A DNA stretch of 64,000 bases, taken from NCBI RefSeq assembly GCF_006345805.1, contig NC_043017.1, forward strand, positions 23,994,001 through 24,058,000, written 5' to 3'. Position 1 is the stretch's first letter; each line of letters opens with the position of its first letter. The notes below the pieces were generated by a model. The model saw nothing but the letters and a program-made list of their open reading frames with translations. It ran no database searches and was not told the DNA's origin. Positions 49,320 to 62,860 of this stretch are shown piece after piece. The position numbers and the translations under genes are program-made. The stretch is from Octopus sinensis (Eukaryota).

Positions 49320-50420
49320 AATGTAAAACTTTGACGTAATCAGCTACATAATTACTTAGTAGTCATCGAGATGCTCGTTAGTTATTTTTGTTCGATATTT
49401 AGATTTAATATGATTCATGTGAGAAAAAAGATGCTTCACACAAATAAATACTCCCAAAACAAACTTGCATGCAAGCATCTTTAAATTGTGAATATTTATT
49501 AGAAGTCAATTATCTTTAAAGCTCAGAATTTTTGTGCGATATGACATCAATGCTTCTCCGTAAATCAATAGTCTACGCTTATAATTACTAACAGTCAAAT
49601 ATTAAATAGCTAAGTTCTTTGCATATATATTCCAGGTTATTTGTCCTAACTGAAAGCTATGTTATAAAAAACTGCATATTTCAGACACCTCCTTAAAATT
49701 ATTAAAATCTCTTAAAATAATAACCATTGCAAACTCTTCCTAATTACTATGGTTTGCGTTTGAAGTTAAATTCATCTCATCAAACTTACCTTTAGTATTT
49801 TTTTAAAAAGAACGTGTAAGATCATTTCTGCAAAACTGAGTTATAAACAAAGCTAATTTCATTATGAAAGAATTAGTGAGAGATCATGCTTGTTATATTT
49901 TTATTTTCACTTTGTAATGCAATATTGATGAAAATGCTAATTTTGTCTTTCGGAACGGTTGTATTTTTATCTTTCAGTCATTAAGAAAATCTTTGATATC
50001 TGGTAACAATTGCCTGAATCTAACAAAAACTGATCTTTTACTCAGTCATCTAAGTTCGATGTGAAGAAGTAAATTTTTACCATGTGCATCAATTTCTTCC
50101 AAAAGACATAAATAATCTTTGATGTGTTTTGGCTTTGATAGAGTCTATATTTCTTTACGGTTACAATCATAACTTCAAAGTTCAACATTTCCCCTTGTAG
50201 CTTGTTAGTGTGTTAAGCAATGATAAGCAATAACATTCGGAAATTCTTAATCTTTTCTACAATATGCAATAAAGCTATTTTGACGCCAACCATAACTAGT
50301 GCACTATCTGGTGTAACAGATACGAGTTATTTTGGTGAAATTTTCCATGTTACAAAGCTTCTAAAAGCATTTCTTTCTTTACTGCTTTTTCTTTCGCGGG
50401 AATATTACTGAGGAGTTGGG
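49320..50420 (-). pseudogene. hAT (Charlie/GTF2IRD2-like) transposase relic
   Basis: LVSVTPDSALVMVG, FIAYCRKD*EFPNVIAYHC, LLLHIELR*LSKRSVFVRF, LPDIKDFL and the dimerisation motif FGSIYLCE..FSHMNHIKSKYRTKITNEHL. Confidence 0.85.
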
Positions 50421-50580
50421 TTTTTTTTATATTAAAATCAGGAAAAAAAAAGAAAACTCCTGAAAATATGCTTAGCAGTAGCTTGTCACATGTGTCACGT
50501 GATTCAGGCTGAAGCAAAAAAACAAGTACATATTTCAAGCGGGGAACATAATTTATATGCCATTATTTCAACCCGCCTTA

Positions 50581-50795
50581 AGACAGCGAGCTGCCAGAAT
50601 CGTTAGCGCATCGGGCAAAATACTAAGCGTCATTTCGTCCATTTTCACGGTCTGAGTTCAAATTCCGCCGAAGTCAACTTTGCCTTTCATACTTCTGGGG
50701 ACGATGAAATAAGTACCAGTTAAACACTTGGGTCGATGTAATCGACTTATGCCATCCCCCAAAAGACTACTGACTTTGTATCAAAATTTGAAACT
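50581..50795 (+). mobile_element. SINE family A, full length
   Basis: 19-bp TSD ATTATTTCA(A/G)CCCGCCTTA at 50562-50580 and 50796-50814. Confidence 0.9.
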
Positions 50796-50899
50796 ATTAT
50801 TTCAGCCCGCCTTATCAGTTTGTCTTGTGTACTGGAGTCGATCTAATCGACTGCCCACCTCCCACCAAATTCCAGGCCTTGTGCCTATAGTAGGAAAGG

Positions 50900-50937
<38 letters not shown>

Positions 50938-51256
50938 TAAGTTGCTAATACACTCGAAAACATGTATGAATATCTCTCCGTCACATTTTCCTTCCTCTGT
51001 ATATCTAAAACTTTATGCAAGAGTAAGAAATTAATCATAAACGGTGATGTTCAGTTGCAGACGATGGTTTATGATTTCTAGTTCAATGTCTTATGTTTCT
51101 CTTTTCAAATCCAATAGAAATTGAGTTTGCTTTTCATCCCTTTAGATTCCACACAGTAATTATTTATATACCGAAATTATACTTTTACTTACGAACAAGG
51201 AGCCTGTGTCTCATCTAACCAACATTTAATCACTTATCACTGAGCTATTCTTAATA

Positions 51257-53552
51257 CAGTGATACCTCACAGTACGAGTTTAATTCGTTCCCTCACCAAG
51301 TTCGTTTTACAATTTACTCGTTTTACAAATCAATTTTTCCCATTGAAATTAATTAAGATATAATTAATCCGTTCCAGCCCCACAAAGCCACCTAGAAATC
51401 ATTTTTTTATGGGCTTTAAAACAGAAAAGGAGCAGTTAATAGGAAAATGACAATTGTAAAATCATAATAAGAGAGAATGCAAAATAAATATGTAAAATAG
51501 TTTGATAAATTTAATTACCTTAAAGATGGGACGATTTGTGCGCGAGGAAGACGATGGAGCGGGGAGGAGGGGGATTATTGTTTGGAAGGAGAATCTCTTT
51601 CCAATACGACTTCAGGAAGAACAATTTCTGGCGTTTTCTCTCTCACTTCGCTTAATTTAATCATTTTGGACACACTTTCTTCACTTTTCACGCTTGCAGG
51701 TCGTTTCATTAGAAACGTATCAAGAGAAGTCTGCATTATCCTGCCTTTCAAAATGTTACGAAAATGCGCCAGAGCAGTGTCATTAAACAAAGCAGTTGCA
51801 CGACCTGTAAATATTTTTTCAGGGTGATATTTTTCTACAAATTCAGAAACATACTGCTACTTTGTCCAAAACTGCCTTTATGTCACTCGTAGAGATAGCC
51901 TTCTCTGCTACACTGCCCTCCTCCGGAACCAATCTCGTCCACCGTATCCAAATGCTGCTGCTCCTAAAGCTGCAGGAGTTCATCTGTCGTAATCAGACTC
52001 AAACCCCTCGAACTCTCTTTCAGATACGAAGTCAGGCCACAGTTTCCTCTATGCAGAATTCACCGTTCTCCTCGTTACACCCTGTCAGGTCATATCAATG
52101 ATTTTCAGGCAGTTTACAATGTTGCAATGCTCCTTCCAAAAGTCACGAATTACAAATAGATTTGTATTTTCGTTCATTTCAAAGCACCGACGAAACAGGT
52201 ATTTGGTGTACAATTTCTTAAAATTAACAATCACTTGCTGGTCCATGGACTGCAAGATAGGGGTAGTGTTGCGTGAAAGGCATAGAACTTTTATGAATTT
52301 AAATTCGTCCAGGATATCAGCATCATAGTTAGGAGAGTGAGCAGGAGCATTATCTAGGATGAGGAGAGCCCTGAGAGGAAGATCGTTCTCCAGAAGGTAC
52401 TTTTTCACTGCTGGTCTGAAGATAAGTTTGAGCCCCTCGATGAAGAATTGCCTGGTGACCGAGGCTATCACGTTTGCCTTCTACAGGACTTGCAGCTTCT
52501 CCTTCTGGATTTTGTGCGACTTGAACGCTCGTGGGTTTTGGGGATGGTAGACAAGGAGCGGCTTAATCTTCAAGTCTCCACTTGCAGTTGTACAAAGAGC
52601 AAGAGTTAGCCTACCTTTTATAAGCTTGTGGCCTAGAATTTTCTTCTCCTCTGCAATTACGTAGGTTCCTCTGGGCATTTTATCCCTAAGAGGCCAGTTT
52701 CATCACAGTTGAATACTTGTTATGCCATGTACCCCTCGGCTACGATGAGCTGACGGAATTCACGCAAGAAATCCTCAGCTGCCTTCGTGTCAGAACTCGC
52801 TGCTTCTCCATACCTGTCGACGCTATTGAACACCAGTCCTCTTCTTCAAATTATCGAACCAGGTGCGACTGGTCTTAAATGCGTCTGCTAATGTCTCCTC
52901 CGTCGATGTTTCAGAGTTCTGCTTCAGGAGATCCCCATACAGCTCTCGTGTTTTCTCGCTGGCGATGGTCTCCGTAATCGTATCCCCTGGGAGTTGCTTC
53001 TCGTTGATCCACAAGAGAAGCAATTTTTCCATTCTTTCGTGGATAGATGTGCATTGTAATGGTGCTTTGCTGTTGTAATGGCCTTGATCTCGTCTTTTTT
53101 CTTCAGGATGGTGCAGATCGTCTGCGTGCTTCGGTCGTATTGATGTGCTATGTCCATTACACGCACTCCTCTCTCATGTTTATCAATGATCTCCTTCAAT
53201 TCTATCGTAGTCAGCTTTTTCGTTTCGGCATTTTCTTTTGCAGTAACCTTCTTAGGCTAACACAATTAATTATAAAATAATAGCAAAAAACGCACAAAAC
53301 TGAAAACAACAAAAACTGAGGAAAACATAACAGGAGTGCTGCCACAGCGAGATAAACACGTGAATTGAGCGAGCGGAGGTTGCGCTTGTTGGGAGAGCGT
53401 GTCCGAGCTCAGCCCTGACTAGCGGTCATTTGTATGAAACTCGCTCTTACTGCGGATTTCCACTCGTACTTCAAGAAAAAAATTCGCACGATCTTCGGCT
53501 TGTGCAACAAATTACTTGTACAATGGTGCACTCGTACAACGAGGTTCTACTG
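51257..53552 (-). mobile_element. Full-length (2296 bp) Tigger/TIGD1-like pogo element with a pseudogenised transposase
   Basis: TIRs CAGTGATACCTCACAGTACGA / TCGTACAACGAGGTTCTACTG with TA on both sides. HTH (KEIIDKHERGVRV), CENP-B HTH (MEKLLLLWINEKQL..FKTSRTWFDNLKKR), VFNCDETG, LLILDNAPAH and ILQSMDQQVI are all recognisable. Confidence 0.93.
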
Positions 53553-54019
53553 TAATTGGAAAACTCAAAGCGGAAATACAAACCAGAGAGACTAGATACC
53601 AAGTCGCAAGAAAAAGCAAAAACTGAGTGGATTAAAATCAAATTATCAGGATATTGGAGGTTGTGTCAAACTTATTTATTGTGCACTGTCCTAGACTTCG
53701 TACATAATTATTTTATATTCAATCGAGAAAATAGAAGTATGAACTCGTTTGCTCCGGAAACGATCTGCCGGAAGGGCCAGAGTGAATTTATAATAGTTAA
53801 TTCAAAATCATTATTTTCAAATAAGAAATGAGTACATAAGTTGCTTTAGGTATAAAGAATACAGCTTACTTAGATGTTTAAGAATGGGGAAAATAATAAG
53901 AAAACTCAGCGGATGTCTACAACGAAAAAGAAAAACATATGATGGAGTGATTTCTAATCTCGTTCGCGTTGAGCATCAGAACTAACTACGTACCACCTGG
54001 TACTCCAACCAGTACTAAC

Positions 54020-54292
54020 GTCTGTCATGAGCTCTCGCGCTCATAAGGCCAGAATTAAATTCGGATTCTATGGCGTATAACTGTAATAGCACTCGCCCTT
54101 GGACGAGACGCGGGTCTGGCACAGGGTTAGTTTCCCAGTTATTGCTGGAACGCATTTACAGCTAAAGAGACTGGAGCAATGTGAAATTAAATTCTTTGTC
54201 CAAGAACTCAACGCACCGACCGGTGCAGGAACCGAAACCACGGTTTTACAATCGTCAGTGCAACGCCCTAACTACTAGGCAACGCGCCTTCA
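54020..54292 (-). mobile_element. tRNA-derived SINE, family D
   Basis: Minus strand GAAGGCGCGTTGCCTAGTAGTTAGGG..GGTTTCGGTTCC head, GTTCTTGGACAAAGAATTTAATTTCACATTGCTCCAG centre and a 3' stem-loop ATGAGC..GCTCATG. Confidence 0.75.
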
Positions 54293-54714
54293 TAGGGTAC
54301 CAGAGATGAGAGAAGTTACACTATCTAGCAAAGCAACCTAGCGAGGCCAGTCGGCTAGGTTTTAACAAATAAATAACTGAGCAGTCAAGTAATGGGATCA
54401 ATGAGAACGAACCACGTTAGAGAGCAGCGAGACGAATTTATTTTTAATTTCCTGGGTGGATTGCTTGTTTCGGTAGCTTGCGAGAGATTAGGGTCTTGGT
54501 TTTTCAAACCACTAACACTAGGTCTTCTTTCTAGAATCAGATCTCTTTCTGCTCGGATATGGAGAAGTACAGTTTTTCGGTGGTGTTTGTCATAATTGGA
54601 GATGGAGACGAGAAAAGAACAGAGAACTTATGCAATAATTGAATGATTGAAAGCAAAATCAAAAATATATCAATTTCTAATTGAAAATTCACTTGCAATC
54701 GGTAGAAGACACCC

Positions 54715-54920
54715 AAAGCATGCCCATCACTAAGGAGGTGCACTGGGAAGCACTTTCCCCTCACTATTCAATGGTTCACCCTCAGATTTACAGTGATACA
54801 CATATTTCGAAACTCCACTTAAGCACAATCACAAGTTAGTACCCACCCAGATCATTCTGAAGCACCCCCAGGCACCAAAGTCTAGTGACAGGCCTGACCT
54901 AAGGAGACAGAATTCTAAAT
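54715..54920 (+). repeat. Unclassified interspersed repeat (copy 2)
   Basis: Homologous to 38715-38940. Confidence 0.7.
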
Positions 54921-56682
54921 CTTATGATCCGTTGTCCAGTGAAACTGTAAAGGGAGGTAATGTGAGAATAAGAGTAAAAAAAAAATCTGTTGAAAAGTGA
55001 TGACTTTGTTTTTTTGCATGATGTGTTAGGTGTATTTGCAAGTCAACAAAGTGAACAGAAAGTATTACTTTGGACGGACTTGAAAAAAAATTATTAAATA
55101 ACACCTGTCTAATCTAATTTTGTTAACGCCCACTTTTTTATCACCTGGTCGACAAATATGTTTATATCTGACATCTATAGCTCTTAATACTTAAATATTA
55201 TTCGCTTACTTCAATCCTCTCCATCTAGCTATTTTGCCTCTTTCTCGTTTCTACATTGTCTATCTTACTTCACTTCGTTTCTCTGCCTCTTCTCCTGACA
55301 TCTTCTCTCCTTCTCCCCCTCTCATACTCTCTCTCCACACACACACACACTCTTATTAGAACAGATAATATTTGATAGACCTATGGCCGTTCAACAATCA
55401 GATTTAATACTAAGATTTATGGTCGAACATAAATCACTACATTTTTTTTTTGTCCGTAAGTGGCTTTATTTAACTGGATCTAAGCAGATTAGTGGCAGAG
55501 ATCATGTTTATTTCACAGGTTAAAAAAATAGCTTCAAGAACACAAAAACAATTTGATTGTCATTTAATAGAAAATAGAGGAATTGAGATACCGGAAGAAT
55601 TTGTGAAACCTGTAAAACGTTAAAATTATTTGAAGACACACAAGAACATTCCACTTTGTCTCATTCTACGTGGTTGCAGATGTGAAGAGCTACTCCTCTC
55701 CAGAATAGATTTCGACCTTTTTGGCTTGTATTTATTTTATTTATTCAAATAAATGAAAGTAGCTAATTAACGCTTAAAACTTAAACTGGAAGCCCCATCA
55801 ACTATCAAATCTCAGCCTTGCAGAAGTCAGCATTGACCAACATGTCTGCGGAGCTGCTGTCTTAAACAACATACGATCTCTGACCCAATTTTAAAAAATA
55901 AGCATCGAAATTTTATGCCACTGTGTACTATAAAATAACATTTTCCCTCCATTATAAATCAGAGATCTTGTATCACAGTAAGAAATTCATTGAATTTTTC
56001 TATTTTATAGTACTACCCACTTAGAGTTACCCACTTTAACACCCATCCACCCAACATTTGGAACGATATCTTCAGTCGGATAGCATACGTAAGTAGCTAT
56101 GATTGCTATTCATGCATATTCTAACAAATACTCGTATTGTCCACACAATTATTTACCCATCCCGAGTGAAAAACGTCCTGCAACCCCAAGTGCTGAAAGT
56201 TCATATCAGGGGCTAAAAGCAAAGCATTGTAGGTGAATCACAGGCTTTGCCTATGATGAAATTGGAACTTAGCACTGCAAGTTTGCGAAATATTCGCTCT
56301 GGTTCCTTCGACGAGGAACAGTATCAAGCCAGAATCTCGGATTTACATCGAGCAGCATGACGCTATTAAAAGCATAACATGCTTTACTAAGGAATACATC
56401 ATAGTACTGATGTGAGATATGAACACTCAACCATTCGGTTAGCAAGCCTACAGCCTAAGGAATCGGTCAGTTGCGACTTTCACTCAAAGATGCTAATGCT
56501 TTTATTGGTAGTAGAAAGGAACGTTATTACTTTCTGTCCCATATTGATATATAATGGGCAAAATTATTATTGTAAAATGAAAAATAGAAAAAAATATCGA
56601 CGTCGCTAGCTTGCACGATAAACAAAATCTGCAACATAATTTCGATATGTCGTTTTTAATTGCTTCAGTTATTGAGTTCATG

Positions 56683-57064
56683 GAGGCGCAATGGCCCAGT
56701 GGTTAGCGCAGCGGACTCGCGGTCGTAGGATCGCGGTTTCGATTCCCAGACCGGGCGTTGTGAGTGTTTATTGAGCGAAAACACCGAAAGCTCCACGAGG
56801 CTCCGGCAGGGGATGGTGATGATCCTTGCTGTACTCTTTCACCACAACTTTCTCTCATTCTTACTTCCTGTTTCTGTTGTACCTGTATTTCAAAGGGCCG
56901 GCCTTGTCACTCTCTGTGTCGCTGAATATCCCCGAGAACTACGTTAAGGGTACACGTGTCTGTGGAGTGCTCAGCCACTTACACGTTAATTTCACGAGCA
57001 GGCTGTTCCGTTGATTCGGATCAACCGGAACCCTCATCGTCGTAACCGACGGAGTGCTTCCATA
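56683..57064 (+). mobile_element. tRNA-derived SINE, family C (tail type 2), full length
   Basis: B-box-like GGTTTCGATTCC. 13-bp TSD TATTG(A/C)GTTCATG at 56670-56682 and 57065-57077. Confidence 0.9.
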
Positions 57065-57469
57065 TATTGCGTTCATGTTCTTGGGAAAGTCATGGGTTTC
57101 ACAACCTTCCATTTATCACTTACGGAACTTAAAATAACATCTCGAACTACGAAATATTATTTGCTTGTTTTTTGTTTGTTTTTGTTTTTTTTTTCTTCTT
57201 TCAGATCATTTTTTTTTTTTTTATTTGTGTGAGTGAGTGTTATTTTGTTTTTAATGTTATCATTCTAAATATTATCTTTGTTGCCATCCTTATTATTTAC
57301 TGCTTTTGTTGCTGTCGGTGCTGCTTGCTTCGTCTAACTCTGATGACGTCAACAGACATCAAACTAACAAAGCTGTAGATCAATAAATCAAAGCATCAAC
57401 AATACCTTCCCGTACTTTTCCACTTTTTTCTTCTGTTTCTTCTCCGCCTCTTTTTAGCATTCATAAATA

Positions 57470-57508
<39 letters not shown>

Positions 57509-58639
57509 CGTGGCCATCATAATTATTATTGAAAGTAATTGTTAGAGAAGCACGTGTGGACCCACTCAAACAGATAGGATAATTTATAATGACGTAATAG
57601 CTATGTCTTTGAATTGTTGGTCCCATTAGTGAAAACTCTCAGGGTTAATGTATTCCAGTAAGTGATAAGGACGACCAGCTACGGATGCTGGGACTATACA
57701 AGACTTTAATTTTGTAGAAAAAAGAACTGGATTACTGGATCTATATACTACAGGGAGTTAAATTGGAATTACTGGGTCCATATACTACAGGAAGTTAAAG
57801 TGGATATCAGGGTCAACTGAATTTGAGACTGAGAGACACAAACCAAGGTAGGGTCTGAGATAGCTCGACTGCACAGACGATGAGTAACGACAAATACGTA
57901 TTCACTGAAGTAAATACGAATTTGTTCCTCCAGTTTAACGAAGAATCTTACATCTCACAATATGGAAATATATCTCATGGCACCAGCAGACAAAATGGAA
58001 AAGATGTTACCCCGGAGAATATCGAGGGAGATGTACTGGAACAGCCACTCTGACTCACGAAGATCGCACTTGCGGGCGACAATCTCTGCCTCGATAGCAA
58101 TGACATGGTCCGGAGGCCAAGAACTCCGGAGATCTCAACTACTACAGTCTCCCCCATGAACCTGCCGGAGAGCGACCGATACCTTGACAGTTTGCTTTTC
58201 CCAACCAGACGAGCAGCAGAGCCTGGGCTAGTAAGCTAATCCGTATTGAATTTAGTGAGTATGCTTTTATCGTTTTACAGCGTTTGTACATAGTCGCGCT
58301 ATCTCTGATAGACAGACTAGAATAGATAGGTATATAGATAGAGAGAGAGCAAAAATAAATGATCCAGTGAAGATGAAAGCCCCATCATAACATAAGAATG
58401 CACTTAAGTTATACAATAAACAACCCTTCAAATATGTACTGCACTTGGTTACGGTAGAAGGCACACGCCGAAAGTATGCAATGGCCCTCACACTAAATCA
58501 CGCAGCCATATAGGAAACGAAAATAAGCTAAGAGAAATAACTCAAATTGGCTTGTGGCATGTATTGTAACAATAAAGATAAATAAGCGTGTATTAAATAC
58601 TATAGAATAAATGTTCAATTTATTGAAATTATCTCTGCT

Positions 58640-59740
58640 TCCACAGTAGATAAACCAATGGCTTCAGTTCAATAGGGACCAACTCCGAATGAGCAGGGAG
58701 ATAATCTCAAGAATCAAGAACACTCTTAGGCTTAATAGGCTTAAAGAAAAGACAACTTGATTATTTGGAGGTAGAGGACATCGGTGTCCATCACTCCCAA
58801 ATGGGATTGAGGATGAATTACCTCGCCTGTCCATGACAGGGGTTTTAACACCCGGCGATTTGAGAGTGTATTTACTCCACCACACTACTGCAGCGACCGG
58901 AAAATACACGAAGCATATTATACGTTAAATATATGTGGGACAATAGCCACAGCGATATTGCCGGACCCACGCTTCGCAATGATAACAGCATCGATGACAG
59001 CCCCAGCAACACCGATGGCAACAACATCTCCAGGCCCGGAGCCAACCGAAGATGCGCCAGTAATGTGAGCGCAACCAACACCCAAGCCTGGAAATAGATC
59101 GAGTCAGCCGGTGCGGCCTTCAAGTGACGCCTGCACAACTACAGGTCTTCTTTTAGGATTCCAGAAAGACGATTCGTCACACTTGGCCAGTCACGTGTGA
59201 TGCCTCGAAAGATGAAGGGACCCCATATGATATCAAATGGAGGACCTTAGAGCGGCCGGAACACTACATTAACGGGATCAAACGCTGCAAGCTTTGCATA
59301 GCCGAACGAGCAAAGATACTCAAGACTCCCTGAAACCTGGATCGCTGATCACTCGCCAGGAAATTTACAACTCTTGCATCCATTTCAAGCGTTACTCGCT
59401 GCAAGTATGGGATTTCCCGTTCTGCGATTGAGACTGGAAGGGTCTTTACGATCCATAAGCAGCCCAAGGGATAAATCCCTTGTTCCACCTCTTTTGGCCC
59501 ACAAAAACTGGTCTAAGGGAGATAACCCGTCCTCACTGGCCCCGGACTATTTATTCTTTGGTGACCAAGTGACCGTAACAGATTCCTGCCTTCCAGGGGT
59601 GAAGAATTATATGTTTTCAGCTTTAGAGTTTGATGAGACGCCTGTGAGGCTAAGCCCTTTGTGGATGCGAAATCACTGGTCACTCTGTAACCGGACACAG
59701 ACTTTATTATTTTTAATACATTACTGCCCTATGCTTTAGA
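58640..59740 (+). pseudogene. Penelope-like element 3' part (GIY-YIG endonuclease C-terminus and pseudo-LTR)
   Basis: K*IESAGAAFK*RLHNYRSSF / HLASHV*CL / KDEGTPYDIKWRTLE..GIKRCKLCIAERAKIL / GSLITRQEIYNSCIHFKRYSL. The 5' boundary is uncertain. Confidence 0.85.
59625..59686 (+). ncRNA. Type I hammerhead ribozyme motif (C3U variant)
   Basis: Stem I AGAGU/ACUCU, core UUGAUGA, stem II containing the GGC-UAA-GCC hairpin, GAAA (59669-59672), stem III AUC-ACU-GGU and a GUC cleavage triplet (C59681). Confidence 0.7.
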
Positions 59741-59874
59741 GTGAGCTTCTTTCTCGGATATGACACATTGATATATATATGAGATTCAGCTGAATTAGCT
59801 ACTTAAGTTAAAGCACCATGTCAGTCCGGTATTATCCGCACAGCTCGAAGGTGAATAAAATCAAAATAAGTAAC

Positions 59875-60350
59875 AGATGTGCGTCTGTCTGTGTTTGTCA
59901 TGTCGTTAAAGCTCGAGATCCACCCAACCGATTTTAAGGAAATTTTACACATGCATTACATAGGGCCCAAAAAATGTCCAACTTCTTAACTAATGCGAGC
60001 CCAGGAGTAGATAAACTGCATTTTAAAGCATTTTCGCAGCGTTAAGGCCCGTAACTTGAAGAATATCCAGTCGCTTTCCTTGAAATTTGCAACAAACGTT
60101 AATGAGGCTCCTCGAATTGCTGTCGACTACAAAAAAAATTTCTAACACCGGCTATGGGCCCCACAAAAATTCAGATTAATCAGATTTGAGTATACTGCAC
60201 TGGGTTTTATCTTTGTTTTAGGGCATTTTCCGACGATAAAATATTGATATTACTTATGCATTATAAGTAGTGTATAATATTTCATGAAAACCTTTTTGTC
60301 CAATTTAGTAGAGGAAGTGAGAACATTAAAATTTTTGACAGCGCCCTGTT
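59875..60350 (+). mobile_element. Possible Helentron/HINE-like non-autonomous fragment
   Basis: GTCTGTCT short repeat followed by CAACCGATTTTAAGGAAATTTT. The ends are not resolved. Confidence 0.35.
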
Positions 60351-61179
60351 GATGCTTCATGTTATCATCCCATGCACCACTGGGCCATATGCGTGTGTGT
60401 GCGGCAGGATAAAAGCACAACAAACCCATTCATCCATTCTCCAAAAGTTCCCTGTTGATGTTTCCAGTTCTGCGCAACGCACATGGTTCAACAGTATGTC
60501 TGTTTTCTATGTCATCCGTTTCAACTATGTAATGCAAAATGTTCATTCAAAAAAAAAAAAAACTGTCGTTGTAACTCGCAGTCATTTGAGTTTGGCCGTG
60601 TGACCACTTCCGAAAGCTACGCTTTCCACCTGCAATTAGTCCCCTGTGTTCCCTCCCCCGTTTACACGGACGAGTTAATACAGGGTGTTCCAGAATTAAT
60701 GATGATTTGAGTGAAATCGGATGCATTTTTATAAAAAACTCACTTTCATTCATGTTTATCATGTTTAATATGTGTTAAAAGTGTATAAATTTTAAATTTT
60801 GTTTATAATTTTATTTTCATTCCTGTTAGACCCCTCTTATTTGTACATGACAGCTTTTTATCAAAAGACCCTGATCTGGGTTAGGATGAGATTTTAAGGT
60901 TAGACTGTATGCTAAAGTGTAATTAGCCAGGCAGTCCGTATACTAAAGTGGCATCTTAAAAACTCCATGAGCAACTGTGTCCAATCAGACAAACTAAAAA
61001 CTGGTATATATAAAAAAAAACATCCACATATACATATCCCATCCAACTAAAAACTCCTGCAAGAAAACAAACCAGAAGCGTATTCAATACTCTAAACTTG
61101 GAGGCGAAACCATTGACAAAATTAGACATAGAGCAGAGTCGAACACTTACTCTTAAGAGTACTTAGTTTCGCAAGGAAA

Positions 61180-61581
61180 TCTTCTTTATATATAAAAGTC
61201 AAGTTGTGTGTCTGTCTCCTACGATTTAGATTCCTAACTACTCCCACATTTTGCAGTGCAGTTTAACCAAAACCGGGTATCTTATAGTTGTGATTCATAT
61301 CGAGCCCTTCTGGATATTAGCGCGCGTCTACGATGAGTCTACGATTTTAAAAAAAATTTACCATCATTTTTTTCCATTTTAATGCATTTTTTCACTATTA
61401 TATAAGGGAAGTAACTCTCTAAAAATGTCTACGATGAGTCAACGATTTTTTAAAAAAATTTATCATAATTTTTTTTCCATTTTTAATGCATTTTTTTACT
61501 ATTTTTTGGCTATAACTCTCTAAAAATGCTTATATAGTTATTTCCCTTACAAACCCGAGCAACGCCGGGCGATACTGCTAG
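61180..61581 (+). mobile_element. Non-autonomous Helitron (402 bp)
   Basis: A|TC...CTAG|T ends. Hairpin CCCG-A-GC-AAC-GC-CGGG (61554-61569) lies 8 nt before CTAG. There is an internal duplication starting GTCTACGATGAGTC. Confidence 0.88.
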
Positions 61582-62235
61582 TATATAATAAAACTGGAAA
61601 CATATGGTTCTTGCTGTCCATAAACGTATCCCGCAATATTGGTTGAAAAATATTAACATTGCCTTGCTTAACCAAGTCAATGACAAAATGTGTCAGTTAC
61701 GTACTTCTAAGTCCTTCGGAAGTCTCTTTCCTGAAACAAATTTACATAACTGCAAACTTTGAGCTGGTTTCCTTATCAAAACAATAAATCATAAAATCTC
61801 AAAACCTTCTTAATCTCATTATCTTCAACAGATAATCCACCACCTTTTTTTTTTTAAACATCATATCGTAGTCTCTCCATATCTCCACCACTTACATAAG
61901 TTTCCTTCCTAAATCATCGTATTTATTCCAATTTTTACCAATATGTTGTTGTATTTCGGGACGGTAATTTTTTTTTTGTGTGTGTGTGTCAAATTGACAC
62001 ACGCGCTATCTATATTTTTCTTCGTCCGTTTATTACTGTTCTCAATGGTTTATCGTTTTATTTTGTTCTATTTCTTTACGAAGATACATTACATTAATTT
62101 TATCTAAGAATCACATTAACTCTGCATGCAGCTCACAATAAATGTTCATCCTATTAATCGAATTTATTGTAAACAAATATATTCAATATACTTTTAATCA
62201 CTTAGCGTTATCACTGTTGTATATCTACCAATGAC

Positions 62236-62860
62236 TTCAAGCTGGAAGATCATTAACGAGTTGGACAAAATGCTTAGCAGCATTTTTCTTTTTCTTTTTT
62301 GGATCTTTACGTTCTGAGTTAAAATTTCGTCGAGGTCTTCGACTTTGCCTTTCATCCTTTCGGGCCCGATAAAATAATACCAGTCGAGCACTGGGGTCGA
62401 TTACATCGACTGCCCCGCCACTCAAAATTGCTGGCCTTGTACCAAAATTAGAAAAAAATATCTACTAATGACAAGTGTTTATATATCATTTTTTTTTTTC
62501 GGATCTTTACGTTCTGAGTTAAAATTTCGTCGAGGTCTTCGACTTTGCCTTTCATCCTTTCGGGCCCGATAAAATAATACCAGTCGAGCACTGGGGTCGA
62601 TTACATCGACTGCCCCGCCACTCAAAATTGCTGGCCTTGTACCAAAATTAGAAAAAAATATCTACTAATGACAAGTGTTTATATATCATTTTTTTTTTTC
62701 GGATCTTTACGTTCTGAGTTAAAATTTCGTCGAGGTCTTCGACTTTCGGGCCCAATAAAATAATACCAGTCGAGCACTGGAGTCGATTACATCGACTGCC
62801 CCGCCACTCAAAATTGCTGGCCTTGTACCAAAATTAGAAAAACATATCTACCAATGACAT
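62236..62860 (+). repeat. SINE family A with a tandem triplication of a 200-bp unit
   Basis: GGATCTTTAC at 62301, 62501 and 62701. The TSD ATATCTAC(C/T)AATGAC occurs at 62221, 62458, 62658 and 62844. Confidence 0.9.

Noticed and set aside
49977-50001. Apparent duplicated 25-nt micro-exon (TTTCAG|TCATTAAGAAAATCTTTGATATCTG|GTAA), with a second copy near 47975
   Set aside because: The segment is the antisense of hAT transposase coding sequence, so the splice-like signals are most simply coincidental.
56683-56755. tRNA gene
   Set aside because: The A/B boxes belong to a SINE head that continues into a SINE body with a TSD. The same holds for the other tRNA-like heads in the window.
57340-57366. 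CTGATGACGTCAACAGACATCAAAC hammerhead-like string
   Set aside because: It lacks GAAA and has no stem I partner.
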